Shown: positions 58,402 through 64,000 of the stretch, piece by piece
Layout: each line of letters starts with the position of its first letter
How positions within the stretch are numbered: the stretch's first letter is position 1
Assembly (NCBI GenBank): GCA_964595485.1
Contig: CAZQQN010000006.1
Location: forward strand, 7,633-71,632
Origin: an uncultured Sphingobacteriales bacterium
GTDB lineage: Bacteria > Bacteroidota > Bacteroidia > CAILMK01 > CAYYUA01
Length of the DNA stretch: 64,000 nt
Direction: 5' to 3'
The notes under the pieces: model-generated
Databases searched by the model: none
The model's input: the letters and a program-made list of their open reading frames with translations, nothing else
What the model was told of the DNA's origin: nothing
Translations under genes and position numbers: made by a program

Positions 58402-58968
58402 TTAGCCTGTGATTTTTGGATAAATGCGATGCATGGGTAGTCCCATCACATTAAAATAAGAACCTTCAATAGAATCAATGCCGATCAGGCCGATCCATTC
58501 CTGTATAGCATAGGCTCCTGCCTTATCATAAGGCTCATAATGGGTTATGTAATAATCAATGTCTGATTCGTGTAATTTCCGGAAGTGAACCTTTGTTAAA
58601 TCATAAAAGCTTTCTTCCCCCTCTTCTGTTAACAAGCATACACCAGTTATAACTTCGTGCGTCTTTCCTGACAGTTCCTTCAAATAATACTTAGCATCCT
58701 TGTAGTTCAATGGTTTATTTAGGATGGTTTCCCCAAGTTTGACGATGGTATCAGCTGTTAAAACTATTTTACCGCTCACTTTTTCCTTGAAACTCCGTGC
58801 TTTTTTCTCAGCCAAATAAACCGGTACTTCTTTCGTTTTGAATTGCTCAGGGTAATTCTCATCAATCTCAGTAGGTTGAACTGAAAAATCAAAGCCCGCT
58901 TCGGTTAAAATGATTTTCCTCCGAGGTGAGCCTGAAGCAAGGATCAGATTTTTTTTTCGTTGAAGCAT
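58402..58968 (-). CDS. maf: Maf-family nucleoside triphosphate pyrophosphatase
   Basis: 188 aa. N-terminal LILASGSPRRKIIL. Conserved acidic/Lys residues of Maf/Ham1. Confidence 0.85.
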   Translation of the reverse strand: MLQRKKNLILASGSPRRKIILTEAGFDFSVQPTEIDENYPEQFKTKEVPVYLAEKKARSFKEKVSGKIVLTADTIVKLGETILNKPLNYKDAKYYLKELSGKTHEVITGVCLLTEEGEESFYDLTKVHFRKLHESDIDYYITHYEPYDKAGAYAIQEWIGLIGIDSIEGSYFNVMGLPMHRIYPKITG

Positions 58969-59088
58969 TTTAGAGGGGTTTTATTCCTAAAAAATAGCCC
59001 TATTCAACTTTCAAATTTGAGATTTCAATTTCTCCAAAAAAACTGTATGATTAAAATAAGTTGATATGAAAAATATTTTTAGTTTTTT

Positions 59089-59706
59089 TTAAAAATCCTC
59101 TATATTTAAGATGGCATCACATCTATCATAATAATCTTCCGAATTATTGGAAGAAATAATTAAACACCTGTTGTCGCTATATTCGTTGATTAGGGTTTTA
59201 TACCAGTCAATGCCCTCCCGGTCCAGGTGACTTGTCGGCTCATCCAGGAGCAAAATTGGGCTTTCAAAAAATATCGCAAGGGCCAGTCTTAGACGCTGAA
59301 CCATACCTGAGGAAAAGTATTTAATTGTTTTATGGCGGTGCTTATACAATCCGGTTAGGTCAAGGATGCTTTCAATAGTAATGTTCGGTTTTAATGCCTT
59401 AAATTGAGCCTGAAATGCCAGGTGTTCTTTAAGGGTAAATTCCGGTAATAAATCCAAGTGGGGTGTTACCATTGATTGATGGTAGTGTAAATACTCAACG
59501 TCAACAGGTTCATTATTAATAAGATAAGTGATTTCACCTTTGCTTGGTGACAAAAACCCGCTAATAAGTTGAAGTAATGTCGACTTACCGGAACCATTAT
59601 TTCCTGTAATAGCGTAAATTTTATTGCTTTCAAACTGGTATGTAAGGTTTTTGAATACCCAGGTATAATGAAAGTGTTTGCCTATATTCTCTAAATGAAT
59701 TGCCAT
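59089..59706 (-). CDS. Short ABC-transporter ATP-binding protein lacking the H-loop histidine
   Basis: 205 aa. Walker A GNNGSGKST. Q-loop HQSM. Signature FSSGMVQR. Walker B ILLLDEPTSHLD (D-loop SHLD). No His in the expected H-loop segment (CLIISSNN). No TMD gene adjacent. Confidence 0.7.
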   Translation of the reverse strand: MAIHLENIGKHFHYTWVFKNLTYQFESNKIYAITGNNGSGKSTLLQLISGFLSPSKGEITYLINNEPVDVEYLHYHQSMVTPHLDLLPEFTLKEHLAFQAQFKALKPNITIESILDLTGLYKHRHKTIKYFSSGMVQRLRLALAIFFESPILLLDEPTSHLDREGIDWYKTLINEYSDNRCLIISSNNSEDYYDRCDAILNIEDF

Positions 59707-59738
59707 TATGATATCCTCAGGTTTTGTTATCAGGGAGC

Positions 59739-60518
59739 TTAAGGCCTGTAACCACGCATAATCCCTCTTTCTGAGGCCATTATAAAACTGACGATCTCAT
59801 CCCTTTCCTGGGTAGCCGGGAGTTCCTTTTCCACTATTTCGAGCGCTTGGCTAATATTATTTCCTTTGAGATAAATGTGGCGATAAATCTCCTGAATTTC
59901 TTTAATCTTTTCAGGATCCATTCCGCGTCTTCTCATTCCTATTGAATTTATACCAACATAGGAGAGCGGTTCACGAGCAGCTTTGGTATAAGGAGGGACA
60001 TCTTTTCGAACCAAGGAACCTCCGGACACCATTACAAATTCACCAACTTTGACAAACTGTTGAACAGCCGTTAAGCCCCCAATTAAAGCGTAATCTTGCA
60101 AAGTAACATGACCGGCAATATTGACTGAATTTGCAATTATGCAGTTTTCTCCTATTAAGCAATCATGGGCAATATGCGTATAAGCCATTAGCAGGGAATT
60201 TTCGCCAATGGTTGTTTTATATTTATCGGATGTACCCCGGTTGATGGTAGCATATTCTCGAATGACAACCCCATCATTGATCAAAACCAGGGATTCTTCC
60301 CCTTGATATTTGAGGTCTTGGGGGATGGCAGAGATAACGCTACCGGGGAATATTTTGACATTTTTCCCGATTCTCGCCCCTTCCATAATAGTTACGTGGG
60401 GGCCAATCCAAGTGCCTTCATCAATCTCAACGTTACTATGGATGGTTACGAATGGTTCTATAACGACATTTTGAGCTATTTTAGCTTCTGGATGGACGTA
60501 AGCCAGGGGCTGGTGCAT
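59739..60518 (-). CDS. lpxA: Acyl-ACP--UDP-N-acetylglucosamine O-acyltransferase
   Basis: 259 aa. Left-handed beta-helix hexapeptide repeats. Catalytic His in the HIAHDC context. C-terminal helical domain. Confidence 0.93.
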   Translation of the reverse strand: MHQPLAYVHPEAKIAQNVVIEPFVTIHSNVEIDEGTWIGPHVTIMEGARIGKNVKIFPGSVISAIPQDLKYQGEESLVLINDGVVIREYATINRGTSDKYKTTIGENSLLMAYTHIAHDCLIGENCIIANSVNIAGHVTLQDYALIGGLTAVQQFVKVGEFVMVSGGSLVRKDVPPYTKAAREPLSYVGINSIGMRRRGMDPEKIKEIQEIYRHIYLKGNNISQALEIVEKELPATQERDEIVSFIMASERGIMRGYRP

Positions 60519-60524
60519 GCTGCT

Positions 60525-61922
60525 TTAATTGTTTTTAATGATTTGGGCCATGAGTTCTGCTTCTGTAACTAGCTTATTACCTACAAATGCTTGTCCTTTC
60601 ATATTACAAACGCCTCGCCGGATGGGAGAAAGCAGCTCCATCCTGACAATCAACTGGTCACCTGGAAGTACTTTTTCTCTGAATTTAGCATTCTCTATTT
60701 TCATGAAATAGGTTGAGTAATCAGAAGGGTTATCAATTTGACTTAGTATCATCACCCCGCCAACCTGTGACATAGCCTCGATCTGAAGGACGCCGGGCAT
60801 TACAGGATTCTGTGGAAAGTGACCCTCAAAGAAAGGCTCTGTCATTGTAACGTTTTTAACACCAACTATGTGTTTATCAGAAAGTTCAATGATTTTGTCT
60901 ACGTAAATGAAAGGATGCTCATGGGGTAAAAAATTTGAAACCTCTTTTGCATCATAAATGGGCTTACGGTTTGGGTTAATTTCAGGGGAATCCTGCTTTT
61001 TCTTCATTTTCTTCATGAAGTGTTTGATCTTTTTAGCGAACTCAATATTCGCTGCATGGCCCGGCCTTGCTGCCATTACCTGCGCTTTTATCGGGGTTCC
61101 GATTAAAGCAAGGTCTCCTATTAGATCAAGTAATTTATGACGAGCCGGCTCATTTTGATAACGAAGATCAATATTGTTTAAAATGCCTTCCGTTTTTACA
61201 TTGATATCTTCTTTGTTAAATAACTCGGCTAGGTTACTCATTTCATCCTTAGAAACCTGCTTATCTACAATAACGATTGCATTGTTTAGGTCTCCCCCTT
61301 GTATTAAGTTATTATTGACAAGCTCCTCTAATTCATGCAGGAAACAAAAAGTACGGCTGCTTGCTATCTCTTTGTTAAATTCCTGAAGCTCGGAGATAGA
61401 GGCATGTTGGCTCCCCAAAACCTGGGAATTGTAATCCACCATTACTGTTGAGCGATACCCATCTAAGGGCATCGCTATCATTTCCACATTTCGCTCTTCT
61501 TCAGAGTAGTGAATATTAAATGGGACTTCGAAATACTCTCGATTAGCATTTTGCTCCTTAATGCCAGCTTCCATTAGAGCATTAATAAAGGGTTGCGCAC
61601 TTCCATCCATAATAGGTGTTTCCGGGGCGTCCAACTCAACCATTATATTATCAACCTCCATCCCTGCCAGCGCAGCCATCACATGCTCCACTGTGGCGAT
61701 CATTAAGTCACCATTTAAACCAAGTGATGTTCCCCGAGAAGTATCCACCACATTTTCAATCTCAGCATCAATGATAGGTTCGTCTTCTAGATCCTTTCTT
61801 TTAAACTTGATGCCGTGGTTTTCAGGAGCAGGTTTAAACCCCATATTGACTTCCTTACCAGTATGAAGACCAACCCCTGAAACAATGGATGGCTTATCTA
61901 TGGTTGATTGTTTCGTTTTCAT
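60525..61922 (-). CDS. lpxC/fabZ: Bifunctional UDP-3-O-acyl-GlcNAc deacetylase / 3-hydroxyacyl-ACP dehydratase (LpxC-FabZ fusion)
   Basis: 465 aa. The N-terminal ~300 aa are LpxC-like ([20 protein letters not shown] zinc-ligand context). The C-terminal ~150 aa form a FabZ hotdog ([21 protein letters not shown]). Confidence 0.93.
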   Translation of the reverse strand: MKTKQSTIDKPSIVSGVGLHTGKEVNMGFKPAPENHGIKFKRKDLEDEPIIDAEIENVVDTSRGTSLGLNGDLMIATVEHVMAALAGMEVDNIMVELDAPETPIMDGSAQPFINALMEAGIKEQNANREYFEVPFNIHYSEEERNVEMIAMPLDGYRSTVMVDYNSQVLGSQHASISELQEFNKEIASSRTFCFLHELEELVNNNLIQGGDLNNAIVIVDKQVSKDEMSNLAELFNKEDINVKTEGILNNIDLRYQNEPARHKLLDLIGDLALIGTPIKAQVMAARPGHAANIEFAKKIKHFMKKMKKKQDSPEINPNRKPIYDAKEVSNFLPHEHPFIYVDKIIELSDKHIVGVKNVTMTEPFFEGHFPQNPVMPGVLQIEAMSQVGGVMILSQIDNPSDYSTYFMKIENAKFREKVLPGDQLIVRMELLSPIRRGVCNMKGQAFVGNKLVTEAELMAQIIKNN

Positions 61923-62971
61923 TTCTTTTTATCCTTAGCTTTTGACCCTTTAAGCTTTATTTCGATTGCTTTCAAACGTTCATAAATTTCAGGAAGTTGC
62001 TTGTAAAGAATGCTGGCCTTAAGGCCCTCTTTAACGGATGAAACAGGAGATCCAAACCATTTTTGGTTCGGTTCTTTTATGGAATTTGAAACCCCACTTT
62101 GGGCTCCTATTTGTGAACCGTCAGCTATTGTAATGTGGCCGGATATACCGACTTGTCCACCTATTACACAATTTTTTCCTATCTTGGAACTACCAGAAAT
62201 ACCTGTTTGCGCTGCGATGGCTGTGTTTTCACCAATTTCAACATTATGGGCTACCTGTATAAGGTTGTCCAATTTCACACCGCTTCTAATAATTGTTGAA
62301 CGCATAGTGGCGCGATCAATAGTGGTGTTTGATCCGATTTCTACATTATCTTCAATAACGACATTTCCTGTTTGTGGCATTTTCTTGAAAGCGCCACTCT
62401 TTTGAGGTGCAAATCCAAAGCCATCAGAACCTATGATTGACCCGGCGTGAATGATGCACTGCTTACCAATTTTTGTATTGTTATACAAGTGAACTGAAGA
62501 GTAGATTATTGAATTATCCCCGATTTCGCAACCATTATTGATTATTACGTGGGGATAGATTTTAACATTATTACCGATTTTAACATCCTTACCAATATAA
62601 CTAAAAGCTCCAATGAATACATTGTTTCCGTATTCAACGGATTCTGCAATGTGAACAGGGCTTTCTATGCCTTGCTTACCATGGCCATTTGTCTGGAATT
62701 GCTCCATTAGTAGGGATAAACTAGAGTAAACATCGTTTACATAGATCAAAGTTGGGCCATCTATATTATAATCGGGCACAAGGTCCTCATTCACCAAAAT
62801 AGCTGTAGCCTCGGTATTGTAAATATAGTGGGCATATTTTGGATTAGAGAGAAAAGTTATGGAGCCCTGAGTTGCTTCTTCAATAGGCGAAAATCCCTCT
62901 ATCAAGGCATCTTTGTTGCCTTCTATAGTGCCTTTTATGTATTGGTTTAACTCCTCGACCGTTATTTCCAT
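61919..62971 (-). CDS. lpxD: UDP-3-O-(3-hydroxyacyl)glucosamine N-acyltransferase
   Basis: 350 aa. N-terminal UDP-binding domain followed by hexapeptide-repeat beta-helix. Overlaps lpxC/fabZ by 4 nt. Confidence 0.93.
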   Translation of the reverse strand: MEITVEELNQYIKGTIEGNKDALIEGFSPIEEATQGSITFLSNPKYAHYIYNTEATAILVNEDLVPDYNIDGPTLIYVNDVYSSLSLLMEQFQTNGHGKQGIESPVHIAESVEYGNNVFIGAFSYIGKDVKIGNNVKIYPHVIINNGCEIGDNSIIYSSVHLYNNTKIGKQCIIHAGSIIGSDGFGFAPQKSGAFKKMPQTGNVVIEDNVEIGSNTTIDRATMRSTIIRSGVKLDNLIQVAHNVEIGENTAIAAQTGISGSSKIGKNCVIGGQVGISGHITIADGSQIGAQSGVSNSIKEPNQKWFGSPVSSVKEGLKASILYKQLPEIYERLKAIEIKLKGSKAKDKKK

Positions 62972-62991
62972 CTGACTGCAAATTTATAGAA

Positions 62992-64000
62992 CTATTCTAA
63001 ATTTAATACACCTAACTCCCTTGGGTAACATAAAAAATGTTTTTCAACGGGTTTAGAAAGGGCTGAGATATTGTACTGATCAGAAGCTTCAGCAATATCC
63101 TTTACCTTTCCATTTTTGAACAAAATGTTGATATTGATACCCTCCTCCGGTTCATAGGCAGCATTGGTAATAGTGCTGTTAAAAACCAAGTAGTTTGTTT
63201 CTTCTTCAGTAATATTATAAAGATGAGCAACTTGCCTTTTTAGTTGCATTACTCGATCTTCTTCTATGGGATCATCCGTTATAATTGTCTTAAAAAGATT
63301 TCTCTTCAGCAAATTCTTACAAAGTGTTGATAAAATTTTATCGGAATGCGTACACCAGGTTTTAATGGAAGCCATGATATCATGGTCGTCTAAATCTGAG
63401 AAAGTAGCTAAAACATTTGAGTTTCTCTGGAAGTCGGAACTTTTTATATTGTTATAAAGGAAAAGTTGCAATGAAGGCGTGGCAAAAAGTTCTTCTCCTC
63501 TACGGGCTAAATAGATGGCCCTTTCTAATATTTTGACAAGTAATTGCTCAGCTGCTAAAACTGTCTTGTGTAAGTAAACCTGCCAATACATCAAACGCCT
63601 TGAAATAAGGAATTTCTCTACGGAATAAATGCCTTTATGCTCTACTGTTAGCCGCCCATCAGCTACATTGATCATCTTAATGATCCTTTCTACTCCTATG
63701 ACGCCTTCCGAAACACCCGTGTAGAAACTATCCCTTGCCAAGTAGTCCAGCCTGTCTAAATCAAGCTGGCTGGAGACCAACTCATGAAGAAATTTTTTAC
63801 TGGCATTGGTTTTGCTATCAAATATTTCGATGGCTTTGTCCAAATGCCCATTTTGGTCTTCATTTAATTGATCAATGAGCATGCTTGATATCTTTTCATG
63901 AGTCACATCACTGACTAAAGTTTGTTCTAAGGCATGAGAAAATGGGCCATGCCCTATATCATGCAATAAAATAGCATTTTCAGCTGAATGCTTTTCATCA
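62992..64000 (-). CDS. HD-domain metal-dependent phosphohydrolase (N-terminus beyond window edge)
   Basis: The track ORF begins at a TTG. Reading upstream in frame to the window end gives ...DEKHSAENAILLHDIGHGPFSH, the canonical HD motif. The true start is therefore beyond position 64000 and the feature is partial. Confidence 0.8.
   Translation of the reverse strand, partial: DEKHSAENAILLHDIGHGPFSHALEQTLVSDVTHEKISSMLIDQLNEDQNGHLDKAIEIFDSKTNASKKFLHELVSSQLDLDRLDYLARDSFYTGVSEGVIGVERIIKMINVADGRLTVEHKGIYSVEKFLISRRLMYWQVYLHKTVLAAEQLLVKILERAIYLARRGEELFATPSLQLFLYNNIKSSDFQRNSNVLATFSDLDDHDIMASIKTWCTHSDKILSTLCKNLLKRNLFKTIITDDPIEEDRVMQLKRQVAHLYNITEEETNYLVFNSTITNAAYEPEEGININILFKNGKVKDIAEASDQYNISALSKPVEKHFLCYPRELGVLNLE

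Noticed and set aside
62010-62405. 131-aa ORF antisense to lpxD
   Set aside because: Shadow ORF within the hexapeptide-repeat region. It has no start context or conservation signal.

Overview
This 64-kb window looks like core chromosome from a Bacteroidota genome (AT-rich). Supporting this: a T9SS C-terminal sorting domain, a bifunctional LpxC/FabZ, an ATP-synthase operon lacking beta/epsilon, DUF4249 and TonB-receptor pairs, and TAnnTTTG-type promoter motifs. Gene density is high on both strands. I found no integrase, transposase, CRISPR array or obvious mobile island.

Recognisable content:
- a polysaccharide-initiation locus (PglF/CapD-like dehydratase, Gfo/Idh/MocA oxidoreductase, WbaP-like phosphoglycosyltransferase);
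- a translationally coupled PIG-L deacetylase / micro-protein / Na+:solute symporter operon;
- secA-deoC;
- a vWA plus non-canonical AAA+ (ChlI/MoxR-like) gene pair next to an NRDE protein;
- gapA and tRNA-Glu;
- a TonB-dependent receptor with a DUF4249 lipoprotein;
- tadA and a DsbD with a duplicated alpha domain;
- a gmhA-like SIS protein;
- a three-gene outer-membrane cluster (DUF1684-like, CxxC lipoprotein, beta-barrel);
- radC and rpsT;
- tyrosine catabolism genes (hppD, hmgA);
- PBP1A co-oriented with a 683-aa TPR lipoprotein;
- an M23 peptidase-bactofilin-AtpZ module feeding directly into atpBEFHAG;
- maf;
- the lipid-A cluster lpxD-lpxC/fabZ-lpxA with a small degenerate ABC ATPase and an HD-domain gene truncated at the window edge.

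The most interesting candidates for undescribed biology are:
1. the vWA/AAA+ pair with degenerate Walker motifs;
2. the bactofilin-M23 module fused to the ATP-synthase operon;
3. a possible LpoA-like TPR lipoprotein upstream of PBP1A;
4. an archaemetzincin-like lipoprotein;
5. the deacetylase/micro-protein/symporter operon.

All functional calls are from reading motifs by eye. No database searches were run.
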